IMG/VR virus record: IMGVR_UViG_3300000271_000001
Location: 1-47,681 of that record
Reading direction: 5' to 3' (one strand)
Length of the DNA: 47,681 nt
Source of the DNA: a virus
The position numbers and the translations under genes are program-made. Below, in pieces: positions 24,701 through 33,856 of the stretch. Below the pieces are notes generated by a model. That model was not told the origin of the DNA, did not search any database, and saw only the letters and a list, made by a program, of their open reading frames with translations. Within the stretch, counting starts at the first letter, position 1, and each line of letters opens with the position of its first letter.

Positions 24701-25237
24701 ATGGTCCTGGCAAACGCTGCAGCCTGGCAAACTGCCTGGGCTACTGTTCCAAACGTCGCTGACAATAGCTGGAAAGCAAACCTTGCGAACAAGGTCGATA
24801 GCCTGGTCACGAATCTATTGACGACGAACGGTTTGTTCAAGGCACCAGCGACGCCGGCGCTGACTTTCACTTTTGCAAAATCGACATTTCAAAGCGCGCT
24901 CACCGATAACAAACCCGCGACACTGGCGAATGCTTTCGAATCTGCTATCCTCGCATCGACCTATGTCGTTCCCATAAACTCTTTCATCGGCACCGACACA
25001 CCTGCGACAAAGTTCAGCGTCGTCGCATCCTGCGTCGTCGATCCCGCGAGTGTCGCACTGGCGAAAGCGAAGTTCCTCGAAATCTTAGGCCTCACACCTG
25101 TTTCAGCTGCGAATCAGTCCCAGTTTCCGGTAAAACTGAGGGAAGCTTTTTTATTACTGACAGTGACGACGACGGGAACCAATTCAGTAGCGCCGACACC
25201 GTCGCCTTTAACCGATGCAGGGAGGGCTTTACAGTGA
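24701..25237 (+). CDS. hypothetical baseplate-module protein
   Basis: 178 aa with a GGGGGAG RBS. It is the first gene of the second late operon. Confidence 0.5.
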   Translation: MVLANAAAWQTAWATVPNVADNSWKANLANKVDSLVTNLLTTNGLFKAPATPALTFTFAKSTFQSALTDNKPATLANAFESAILASTYVVPINSFIGTDTPATKFSVVASCVVDPASVALAKAKFLEILGLTPVSAANQSQFPVKLREAFLLLTVTTTGTNSVAPTPSPLTDAGRALQ

Positions 25238-25626
25238 ATTTCCTACTGGACGACACCGGGGATCTAGCGTTCGAAAATAACAACTGGGTTATGGCAGACG
25301 GAGTCGATGAAATAAAGCAAATTTGCAAATGCAATTTGCAGTCGGTCGCTGGCGAATGGTTTCTGGACACAACTCAGGGGCTCCCGTACTTCGAAGAAAT
25401 CTTCGAAAAACAGTCCGACGTTCAGCGTGTGAATTCCATATTCATAAACGAGCTGAAAAAAGTGCCTGGAATTATCTCGATAATTCGCTTCGAAACTACC
25501 CTTGATTCTGTCACGCGCGAATTGACAGTAAGCTTTGAAGCGCGGACCGCTTCGGGTATCCTGACTTTTAACGACCAGCTGGTTCCAACGGGTGACGTAT
25601 CTGAAAATCAGATTTCGGGAGCATAA
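25234..25626 (+). CDS. baseplate wedge protein (W/gp25/XkdS-like)
   Basis: 130 aa. The pattern GVDEIKQICKCNLQSVAGEWFLDTTQGLPYFEEIF is typical of the small baseplate protein preceding J. Confidence 0.6.
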   Translation: MNFLLDDTGDLAFENNNWVMADGVDEIKQICKCNLQSVAGEWFLDTTQGLPYFEEIFEKQSDVQRVNSIFINELKKVPGIISIIRFETTLDSVTRELTVSFEARTASGILTFNDQLVPTGDVSENQISGA

Positions 25627-25632
25627 AAAAAG

Positions 25633-27498
25633 ATGCCTACGTATGGACTTACTGAACAAGGCTTGAAAATCAAGCGACTCGCGGACGTGAAAGATGAACT
25701 CGAAAACGACTTTAGGGGGACCTATGGAGCTGGTGTCGATGTCGATGCGCGCAGGCCGATCGGGCAATTTATCGGGATTTTCTCGGAACGCGAATCGTTA
25801 TTCTGGGAACTCCTGCAGCAAATTTATTTGCAGCGTTATCCCGATTACGCGGAAGGGGTTCAATTCGACGAAGTCGCAAAATTTGCGAACCTTACCCGCC
25901 TCGGTGCGACCTATAGCAAGGTCGCTGTCCGAGCGTTCGGAACACTGGCGACGATCATTCCAGCGGGATCATTCATTTCAGTCGAAGGAAACGCCGAAGC
26001 ACGATTCGCAACGGACGCCGAAATTACGATTGGCGCTGGCCAGAACTCAAAGCAGCGAATTTCTTTCGCAAGCCTTCCAAGTTCAGGCGCGTTTACCCTT
26101 GTATATGATGGGACTGCGACGGGAAGCATAGCGGGAGCGACCGTCGATCCAGCCGCAATCAAGTCTGCGCTGGAAGCTTTGGCAGATATCGACGAAGTCA
26201 CGGTCACGGATTCGACACTGGACGCAGGATCAGCACTGGCGTTCGATATCGAATTCATTGGTGACAATGCAGAGTCAGCGCAGCCCCTGCTTGAAATCGG
26301 AGCGAACACCCTCGCAGCGCAAACCAAGTATCGCGTGACCACGGTCGCGGACGTGGCCAGTTCCCTGAATAACAAATATTTCATATTTGCCTATGGGAAT
26401 AACCTGACAGCTGGCGTCTGGTTTAACGTCGGGGGAGCGGGTGTCGTGCCCGCTGGTGCGCTCGCTCAGGACACCCAGATCGCAGTCGCTATATCGGTGA
26501 ACGCGACAGCTGGTGCCGTGGCGACCGCGCTGCAAGCTGCATTGGCTGCACAGACGCTGATCGTCGATACAGCTGCGGTCGAAAATACGAATGAAGTCGC
26601 GTTCAGCATAGTCGAGGAAATCGACGTTTCGGATATTCAGGCTGCGAACACCGGGTTCACGGTGGAAGTCGATCAAGTCGGTGAGGACGTGGGGAACCTT
26701 GTTCCCGCGATCACCGAGGAACAGGAAGGGCTGTCCCCCTATGGGGACGGGACTGCGACAGCCGTCGAAGCGGGGGAAGTTCAAGCGCCAGCGGGATCCC
26801 TGACAGTGATCGAAACAACGGTTTCGGGCTGGGACAGCGTGACCAATACCCTGGACGCTGAAGTCGGCCGCGAAATAGAAACGACCGCAGAATTCAAACT
26901 GCGTCGGAAAGAGGAAATCGGTTCGACCGGTCGCGCGACGAAAAATGCGATCAAGGCTGCATTGCTGCAAGTCGAGGACGTGGAAGACGCAGTGGTCTAT
27001 TCGAATCGGACGCTGGTCACGGACGGGGACGGGGTTCCTGGGAAATCGGTCCGGGCGGTCGTGCTCGGGGGATCGAACCAGGACATAGGGGAAACGCTGT
27101 TCGACTCGGTCGCAGCGGGGATCGGCTTTTTCGGATCCCAGACGGTGAACGTGATCGACGACGACGGGTTCACCCAGCCCGTGGCTTTCGACCTTGCATC
27201 CGAAATCGACATTTATGTCGAAGTGGACCTGCTTGTCACGACCGCGTTTCCCCAGAACGGTGTCGCACTGGTGCGCGCAGCAATCCTGGGATATGGCGAA
27301 TCGCTCACCATGGGCGACAGCGTGATCGTGTTCCCGTATCTGGTCGGCTCTTTCGGAGCTGTCGCAGGGATAACCGGTGTCACGATCCGCATAGGCACCG
27401 CAGCGAACCCCACGCTGGACGACAATATCTCTATCGCAGCTGATGAAATCGCACGGTTCGATTCTGGTCGCATCGAAATCAATACGACGATCGTGTAA
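25633..27498 (+). CDS. baseplate J-like protein with a large central insertion
   Basis: 621 aa. The N-terminus (YGLTEQGLKIKRLADVKDELENDFRGTYG) and the C-terminal part are J-like. The middle ~250 aa are rich in Ala, Thr, Val and Gly. Confidence 0.7.
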   Translation: MPTYGLTEQGLKIKRLADVKDELENDFRGTYGAGVDVDARRPIGQFIGIFSERESLFWELLQQIYLQRYPDYAEGVQFDEVAKFANLTRLGATYSKVAVRAFGTLATIIPAGSFISVEGNAEARFATDAEITIGAGQNSKQRISFASLPSSGAFTLVYDGTATGSIAGATVDPAAIKSALEALADIDEVTVTDSTLDAGSALAFDIEFIGDNAESAQPLLEIGANTLAAQTKYRVTTVADVASSLNNKYFIFAYGNNLTAGVWFNVGGAGVVPAGALAQDTQIAVAISVNATAGAVATALQAALAAQTLIVDTAAVENTNEVAFSIVEEIDVSDIQAANTGFTVEVDQVGEDVGNLVPAITEEQEGLSPYGDGTATAVEAGEVQAPAGSLTVIETTVSGWDSVTNTLDAEVGREIETTAEFKLRRKEEIGSTGRATKNAIKAALLQVEDVEDAVVYSNRTLVTDGDGVPGKSVRAVVLGGSNQDIGETLFDSVAAGIGFFGSQTVNVIDDDGFTQPVAFDLASEIDIYVEVDLLVTTAFPQNGVALVRAAILGYGESLTMGDSVIVFPYLVGSFGAVAGITGVTIRIGTAANPTLDDNISIAADEIARFDSGRIEINTTIV

Positions 27499-27513
27499 AA
27501 AACGGGGGATTTC

Positions 27514-28125
27514 ATGGCTGAGGAAATCATACAGATATTGACGCATGAGGACGACGCGGTCGCGCGCCTTGCGGGGCAATACAAAGGCAAGCCACGGATC
27601 GAAGCACTGGTAAGGTCGATCGCAAGGCAAATTCAGGACCTGGAAAACGCAGCGTTCAGCGTCCTGGTGAACGACACGCTGGAACTTGCCGAAGGGGATG
27701 CGCTTGACCTGATCGGATCGCTTGTCGAACAGCCGCGGCAAGGGTTTGCCGACGACTTTTATCGCATCCTGATCAAAGTCAAGATCGCGGAAAACTTTTC
27801 CGAGGGACAGCCCCGCGCGATCATTCAGGCGTTCAGACTGATCATGGTCGCGAACGTCGTTCATTATCAAAATTTGGGACTGGGCTGCGTCGGGCTGTTC
27901 GGGGACGGGACATTCCCGCCAGTTAACGCCGGGTTTGTTTATGATCAGCTTGAGCGCATCCTTGCGGACGGTGTGTCGATCACATATATCAGCACACCCG
28001 CGCCAGGCGTCGATGCAGCGGATACTTTTTGCTTCGCTGGGGGACCTATCGGAGTCGGGAAAGGCTTTTCCGATATAGCGGAAACAGTCGGGGGAAAGTG
28101 GGCTGGACTGGTCGAACGAACCTAA
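27514..28125 (+). CDS. baseplate/tail protein (P2 gpI / DUF2612-like)
   Basis: LELAEGDALDLIGSLVEQPRQGFADDFYRILIKVKIAENFSEG pattern. Follows the J-like gene. Confidence 0.6.
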   Translation: MAEEIIQILTHEDDAVARLAGQYKGKPRIEALVRSIARQIQDLENAAFSVLVNDTLELAEGDALDLIGSLVEQPRQGFADDFYRILIKVKIAENFSEGQPRAIIQAFRLIMVANVVHYQNLGLGCVGLFGDGTFPPVNAGFVYDQLERILADGVSITYISTPAPGVDAADTFCFAGGPIGVGKGFSDIAETVGGKWAGLVERT

Positions 28126-28148
28126 AACCATATTGGAGTTAAAAGCGA

Positions 28149-28799
28149 ATGGCAGTCACTATTTTAAACGACAGACCTTCGACGTTTTCGGAGTGGGGCG
28201 AGGGGAACCCGGCACCGGGAACCAATATCGTCGAACCGCCTAGTGAAGTTCAAACAGCGACATGGCAAGCGGGAGGTTTCCCGCCAGCGCCTTATATGAA
28301 CTGGCTGCACTATATCAGCCAGAAATGGGAAAAGAACCTGGACGAACGCGCTCCCAGAATTCCCATGATGAAATGGTTCGTCGGTGCGCAGTCGGGCTGT
28401 CACTTCGCGACTATTCAGGATGCGCTTGCATCGTCGGACGTTCTGAACGGTGATTTCATTTACGTGTCCCCTTCGAACGCGAATGCGTTTTTGACAGCTG
28501 CGATCACTATTTCGAAATCGGTCCGCCTTTACTTCGAACCAGGCTTTCGATTTTTCAAGTCCGACGCTGCAGCGACTCGCGCGCTGATTCTGAATGCAGG
28601 GGATATTGAAATTCATGGCGCTGAATTCAGTTCGGGCTGGTCCACGGCTGGAAATATAGCGATCCTTTTAAACTCCACTGCGCGCCGCTGTCGGATCATG
28701 GGTTGCAAGTTCGATTCGTCGATCGACGCCTTTATCGACGACTCTGCGGTTCCATCGACCTACGTCCCGGTGATCGCAAATAACATAGTGGAGTATTAA
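28149..28799 (+). CDS. tail fibre/spike protein
   Basis: The N-terminal IVEPPSEVQTATWQAGGFPPAPYMNWLHY pattern is common in fibre N-termini. The C-terminal part looks beta-helix-like. Confidence 0.55.
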   Translation: MAVTILNDRPSTFSEWGEGNPAPGTNIVEPPSEVQTATWQAGGFPPAPYMNWLHYISQKWEKNLDERAPRIPMMKWFVGAQSGCHFATIQDALASSDVLNGDFIYVSPSNANAFLTAAITISKSVRLYFEPGFRFFKSDAAATRALILNAGDIEIHGAEFSSGWSTAGNIAILLNSTARRCRIMGCKFDSSIDAFIDDSAVPSTYVPVIANNIVEY

Positions 28800-28803
28800 A
28801 AGC

Positions 28804-29304
28804 ATGGCATCGCTGATCGAACGCATTGTCGCGCACGTCCTCAAAATAGGACCGAAAGCAAACACGAATGATCTAGGGCTGATTTTTGATAATGGAAACG
28901 GATCACCGCCTGGTTTCAAGGTCGAAGCATCAACGAATATCCTTAAGTTTTCATCGGGGGGAAACCCTTACCAGGCGTTCCCTTCGGATCCGGTCGTCGA
29001 AACGGTCACGGGCACGAAAGCCATGGGAGCGGGGGATAACAAAAAGATTTTGTTATGCGACTGCACGTCGGCCTTGGTTATTATCGACGTTCCCGATCCT
29101 GCGGTCGTCGGCTCGGGCTATAGCTTCGTGGCTGTCGATAAGAAAATGAACGCAAGCTTGACGAACTATATTCGGCTGCAGCGAAACGGATCCGAAAAGA
29201 TCGGTGAAGTCGCTGCAGACTTTTATTTGTATGAAGCTGGCGGGTTCGTCGAAGTGGTCACAGACGGAACAGACTGGTTTATTTTGCGCAGGGGGAATTG
29301 CTGA
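28804..29304 (+). CDS. hypothetical fibre-module protein
   Basis: 166-aa ORF. The stop overlaps the next start (TGATG). Confidence 0.5.
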   Translation: MASLIERIVAHVLKIGPKANTNDLGLIFDNGNGSPPGFKVEASTNILKFSSGGNPYQAFPSDPVVETVTGTKAMGAGDNKKILLCDCTSALVIIDVPDPAVVGSGYSFVAVDKKMNASLTNYIRLQRNGSEKIGEVAADFYLYEAGGFVEVVTDGTDWFILRRGNC

Positions 29305-30641
29305 TGGGACGCAGAGTTTTCACGACAGACGGGACATTCGTCGCGCCAGCTGGCGTTTTCAAGGTTCGCGTGCGCGGAGTAAGAAAACCGCCGGTTATGG
29401 AAGGGAACGGGACAGCTGCGTTTTATATTGATCAGGATAACGACCTATGGGCTGTCGGTCCTGGTTCGCAGGGACAGCTGGGGGACTTTTCGACCACTGC
29501 GAAAAGTTCACCGGTAAAGACCAGCGGAAGTTTGAAGTTCATTTCAGTTTCCAATGGCGGGGGACTTTCCTATCCGAAAACGGTCGGGATCACTCGCAAC
29601 GGTCTGGCCTATAGCTGGGGAACGAACACCGAAGGGGGTTTAGGCCAGAATAGTACGACGGTCGCTGTATCGGTTCCAGGTATGGTCGTGGGGGGATTGA
29701 AATTCAAAAAGGTCGCGGTTTCCATGAACACCAGCGCTTATGGAATTGCTTGCGACGGGAAAATGTATGCCTGGGGTGGGAACACTTATGGACAGCTGGG
29801 CGATAACTCGGTCACGAATCGCAGTTCGCCTGTGCTGGTGCTCGGTGGGCTGACTTGGATCGACGTGGCTGCAGGTGATCAGTCGGTAATCGCTATTTCG
29901 TCTGCGGGTGAGGTTTATTCATGGGGACGAAACGACGAAGGGCAGCTAGGTATAGCGACGAACGGTCCTGGTTCAGGAAAGTCCAGCCCTGTAAAGGTTT
30001 CCGTGCTGACAGGATCTTTCGTCAAAGCTGTGCAAATGGGTTTCACATATGCAGCACTGAAATCAGACGGCAAGGTCTGGGCCTGGGGAGCGAACTATGC
30101 AGGTGAAATCGGGGACGGGACCAGCGGTTTCGGAAACGACAAATTCACACCTGTTCAGACTTCGCAAGCTTCGCTGATTTTCAGTGAGCTATATGCGACC
30201 TACGATGAAACCCTCGGAGGCGCAGCTGTTATCGCAAAAGCGACGAACGGAAACTATTACGGCTGGGGTGCGAACAGCTTCGGACAGTTCGGAATTAACG
30301 ATCGAACCTCGCGTTCCAGTCCAGTGCAGGTCCTGACGGGCTATGATTTCCTGCGACTGAATTCGTTTGGCAATGGCTGGTGGGCTCAAACGAAAAACCT
30401 TGCGACCTATGCCTGGGGCGGGAACGGGAACGGTCGTTTAGGGGACGGGACGACCGCAGCGAAATCGACACCCGTTCTGCTTTCGCATCCGATTTATCAA
30501 GCTGATCCAACGGAATTCGTGAGCGTGCTGGACGTGACACCTGGAACGTCTTACAGCGTGACCATAAATAACGTGATCGGCGCGTCGTTCGGATCGACTG
30601 TCGTCGGACCTATTGTCGATTCGGTCGTCGTCGAATACTGA
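29304..30641 (+). CDS. RCC1-repeat beta-propeller protein (putative receptor-binding or fibre component)
   Basis: Seven repeats of the (Y/W)xWGxNxxGQLG type: LWAVGPGSQGQLGD, AYSWGTNTEGGLGQ, MYAWGGNTYGQLGD, VYSWGRNDEGQLGI, VWAWGANYAGEIGD, YYGWGANSFGQFGI, TYAWGGNGNGRLGD. Confidence 0.8.
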   Translation: MGRRVFTTDGTFVAPAGVFKVRVRGVRKPPVMEGNGTAAFYIDQDNDLWAVGPGSQGQLGDFSTTAKSSPVKTSGSLKFISVSNGGGLSYPKTVGITRNGLAYSWGTNTEGGLGQNSTTVAVSVPGMVVGGLKFKKVAVSMNTSAYGIACDGKMYAWGGNTYGQLGDNSVTNRSSPVLVLGGLTWIDVAAGDQSVIAISSAGEVYSWGRNDEGQLGIATNGPGSGKSSPVKVSVLTGSFVKAVQMGFTYAALKSDGKVWAWGANYAGEIGDGTSGFGNDKFTPVQTSQASLIFSELYATYDETLGGAAVIAKATNGNYYGWGANSFGQFGINDRTSRSSPVQVLTGYDFLRLNSFGNGWWAQTKNLATYAWGGNGNGRLGDGTTAAKSTPVLLSHPIYQADPTEFVSVLDVTPGTSYSVTINNVIGASFGSTVVGPIVDSVVVEY

Positions 30642-30669
30642 TTTGAACTCAAACTATAAAGAGCACCGC

Positions 30670-31716
30670 ATGAAACAACTTTCGAAAGAGGCTTTTAAAG
30701 ATCGAACTGATCGGGTTCCCGACTGGCTCAAAAATCCTGAAATCCCGGTTATGCAGCTGCCAGCGTTTCATATACCCGGCTTTCGTGCGCAGCGTGCGCG
30801 CGAAGCCGGCCTTGCAAACAAATGGCTGATCTATACCTGGGGCGGTCTGGGGGATGCAGTCTGCGCGACGCCAGTGATTCAGTTCATTCTGAATCGAATG
30901 CCTGAAATCGACCTTTTCGTCAAAAGCGAATGGCCAGAACTTTTCCGCGACGCAAGGCTGAAAGCGGTTTTCGGTCCCGACGACAAACCGAACGATAAGG
31001 AATTTTATGTCAGCCAGACAGTTCACCCACCGGACTATTTGCAATGGCAGTTCTTCAATCACATGATCACGCATAGCGTCGATTTCATTTCCCAGTCGAT
31101 CCTTCGCATGCAGCTGCCTGTGAAAGATCGCGCGATCGTGCTACCTGATTATCCCTTACCGCCTGGCCTTGACACTGCGGTCGATTGGGAACGTGCGATC
31201 ATTGTCCACGCTGGAAAGCACTGGCCTAGTAAAACCTTCCCGCAGGACTGGTGGCAGGACGTGATCGACCGCCTTGCGCAGCGCTTTCAGGTCGTCCTGA
31301 TCGGTCGAAATTTAGGACATGATCAGGGATACGTCCCGATAACCCCGACCAGCAACGCAGTCGATCTAAGGGACGCGCTCACCCTTCCAGGTCTGATCGC
31401 GGTTCTGAAACGCTGCAAGCGGGTTCTGACAAACGATAGCGCTCCCCTTCACATAGCGGCCGCTGGCAATGCGCGGATCTATTTCCTGGCGACTGTGAAG
31501 CATGAGGACTACCTCTATCACTGGCGCAAGGGTGTGTTCGGTGCGGGTATGGTTCACCTGAACCGCGACAATATGTATAACGAAGGGGGTTTCAATTTCT
31601 GCACTGGCCAGGACTTGATTCTGGAAAGCTGCACGCGCGAGCGCATGCTGGAAATGATCGGACACCCGCTGAATACCGTGCAGTCGATCTTTCAGCTGGA
31701 AGGGGCTCTTTCATGA
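30670..31716 (+). CDS. GT9-like (heptosyltransferase-family) glycosyltransferase, paralogue 1
   Basis: WGGLGDAVCATPVIQFILNRMPEIDLFV and VLTNDSAPLHIAAA motifs. ATG 30670 is preceded by AAAGAGCACC. Confidence 0.65.
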   Translation: MKQLSKEAFKDRTDRVPDWLKNPEIPVMQLPAFHIPGFRAQRAREAGLANKWLIYTWGGLGDAVCATPVIQFILNRMPEIDLFVKSEWPELFRDARLKAVFGPDDKPNDKEFYVSQTVHPPDYLQWQFFNHMITHSVDFISQSILRMQLPVKDRAIVLPDYPLPPGLDTAVDWERAIIVHAGKHWPSKTFPQDWWQDVIDRLAQRFQVVLIGRNLGHDQGYVPITPTSNAVDLRDALTLPGLIAVLKRCKRVLTNDSAPLHIAAAGNARIYFLATVKHEDYLYHWRKGVFGAGMVHLNRDNMYNEGGFNFCTGQDLILESCTRERMLEMIGHPLNTVQSIFQLEGALS

Positions 31717-32738
31717 ACGAGCCAGTGAACCTGCGCGGAATAGATCTTTTGAACGACGTGGTCCAGCTCCCTGTTCATTTGCTCCCGAGCTATAGGAATA
31801 AAGAGGCCATGGAAAGGGGAAAGACAAACCGTTGGCTGTTCGGCGCTTATGGCGGGCTCGGGGACGTGGTCTGCAGCGAACCGACCGTTCGCTATATGCA
31901 GCAAAAATTTCCCAGTGCAGACCTGACAGTTCTTACCGAATACCCGGAAGTCTTTTCACACCTGAATGTCAGGACAGCGGACTTTTATTCAGAGATCGAC
32001 CTGCGCGAGTATCGCTTTTTCGAAAACGGTCTGAAAGACGGTCTTTTATGGGAATTCGTTCAGCCAGGCGCGATCCCCGCAGTTGACCTGATTTCCATTG
32101 CTGCGCTGCAGCGTCCCCTTCCCCCCCGCGATAAAATGATCGTCCTATCGAAAGCGAAAAGCGATCACCCGTTCTTCGCTGACTTCGCTCGGAACACCGC
32201 GCGCTTTATCGTCGTGCATCCTGGCAGGTCGTGGCCTAGCCGAACTTTCCCAATATCATTTTGGGAACAATTCATAGTTAAGATTTCTGAAAAATGGACG
32301 CCAGTCGTAATCGGACGGGACGCGAAGGATGGGGCGAACGGTGTCCTGGACGTTTCAGTTCCCCCGAACGCGATCGACCTGCGGAACGATCCCGACTTTC
32401 AGCTGAAAGACCTGATCAGCTTTCTTTCACACGCTGACAAGGTGTTCACGAACGACAGCGCACCGCTGCATATTGCTGCGAGCGACGGGGCTCGGATCGG
32501 GTTTATCAGTTCAGCCAGACCAGGCTGGCATCTTATGCACTATCGCGCGGGTGTCCAGGGCTGGAACCAATGGGATTTTGCAAAAACCTGTTTGCTGGAC
32601 GAAATGGACTGGAACCCTCTGAACCCCTGCGCGCTCAACTATGATCAGGTTCCCGACGAACAGTTCTGGTCGCGTGTGCTCCCCGATCCTGAACTGCTTT
32701 CCGAACGCCTCTTTCAGCTATGGAGTTATGAATCATGA
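31713..32738 (+). CDS. GT9-like glycosyltransferase, paralogue 2
   Basis: YGGLGDVVCSEPTVRYMQQKFPSADLTV and VFTNDSAPLHIAAS motifs. Colinear similarity to 30670..31716. Confidence 0.65.
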   Translation: MNEPVNLRGIDLLNDVVQLPVHLLPSYRNKEAMERGKTNRWLFGAYGGLGDVVCSEPTVRYMQQKFPSADLTVLTEYPEVFSHLNVRTADFYSEIDLREYRFFENGLKDGLLWEFVQPGAIPAVDLISIAALQRPLPPRDKMIVLSKAKSDHPFFADFARNTARFIVVHPGRSWPSRTFPISFWEQFIVKISEKWTPVVIGRDAKDGANGVLDVSVPPNAIDLRNDPDFQLKDLISFLSHADKVFTNDSAPLHIAASDGARIGFISSARPGWHLMHYRAGVQGWNQWDFAKTCLLDEMDWNPLNPCALNYDQVPDEQFWSRVLPDPELLSERLFQLWSYES

Positions 32739-33334
32739 ACCCTGAAATCAAGGAATTCAGAAAACTGCCTGAATTCGAGTTTCTAAAAAAACGCGCCGAA
32801 AGTTTCGCGATTGCGGTCGATCACCTATTAAGCCTCAAGCGATCCGCATCGGTTATCGAAACGGGCTGCATGCGTTCATGGGCTGGGGAATTTTGCTGGG
32901 AAGGGGACGGGCGATCGACTGCAATATGGGACTGGTGCCGAAAGCAGGCTGATGTTTCCTTGACGATCGTGTCGATTGACATAGATCCAAGCGCGGTCCA
33001 GCGCGTAAAAACTGAGTGTCCCGAAGTGATCGGGATAAATCGGAACAGCCTTGAATTTTTCCAGACAGCCGAAGCGCGACAGCTCGCGCAGGACTGCATG
33101 CTTTTGTATCTCGACTCTTTCGACTGGACACCGGAACTTAATCAAGCGAGCGCGTTTCACCACATGGCTGAACTCGCACTGGTATATGGCCTGCTCCCGA
33201 AAGGCTGTATGATCATGGTTGACGACTGTCACGAAGAATATGAGGGCAAGCATTGGGTGGTTTCTGAATTCATGAAAACGATCGGTTTGCGTCCGCTTTA
33301 TGAGGGATACCAGACTATATGGAAAAAATACTGA
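32735..33334 (+). CDS. class I SAM-dependent methyltransferase-like protein
   Basis: VIETGC (motif I-like), IVSIDID and LLYLDSFDW...MIMVDD pattern. Confidence 0.45.
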   Translation: MNPEIKEFRKLPEFEFLKKRAESFAIAVDHLLSLKRSASVIETGCMRSWAGEFCWEGDGRSTAIWDWCRKQADVSLTIVSIDIDPSAVQRVKTECPEVIGINRNSLEFFQTAEARQLAQDCMLLYLDSFDWTPELNQASAFHHMAELALVYGLLPKGCMIMVDDCHEEYEGKHWVVSEFMKTIGLRPLYEGYQTIWKKY

Positions 33335-33837
33335 ACAGCGAAAACCGCGAACTTTACGTTCGCAGGTTCCTCACACCAGCCACGGTTCCGACCGACGATC
33401 CGATCCTTGCTGCGATCTTTCGCGTCGAATCGCAATATGATCCTTTTGCGATGCGTTTCGAACCTGAATATCAGTGGGTTTATAACGCAGCCTTTTTTGC
33501 AAGGCAGTGCGGGATCACTCTGCAGACAGAAATCACGCTGCAGAAATTCAGTTATGGCCTGGGGCAAATAATGGGGGGAACCGCTCGCTGGCTCGGATAC
33601 AGGGGACCGCTCCCTGGTTTGCTTGACGTGGAAACGAACGTCCACTGGTGCAGTGTTTACTGGAATTCGCTGGTGCAGAAATATAACGGGGACACCTGGA
33701 AAGCAGTGAGCGCATACAATGCAGGCAACGCTGCAGGATGCGACACTGGAAAATGCAGAAACCAGGACTACGTCGATAAAGTGAAAGCCGAAGCTGGGAT
33801 CGTCGCAAAAAACTCGCGCTGGAAGTCCAGCGTTTAA
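33319..33837 (+). CDS. lytic transglycosylase (SLT domain)
   Basis: [12 protein letters not shown] (catalytic Glu-Ser context) and [17 protein letters not shown]. Confidence 0.75.
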   Translation: MEKILNSENRELYVRRFLTPATVPTDDPILAAIFRVESQYDPFAMRFEPEYQWVYNAAFFARQCGITLQTEITLQKFSYGLGQIMGGTARWLGYRGPLPGLLDVETNVHWCSVYWNSLVQKYNGDTWKAVSAYNAGNAAGCDTGKCRNQDYVDKVKAEAGIVAKNSRWKSSV

Positions 33838-33856
33838 CCTTTGGGAGTTTCATCGC

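Noticed and set aside
26275-28131. A 618-codon open reading frame on the minus strand, antisense to the baseplate J-like and I-like genes and crossing their intergenic gap.
   Set aside because: Its translation is rich in Arg, Asp, Cys and His with no motif, RBS or partner signals. It mirrors two well-supported + strand genes. Long stop-free antisense frames are a known by-product of codon bias in GC-rich coding DNA. I treat it as a shadow ORF, though the length is striking. Ribosome profiling could settle it.
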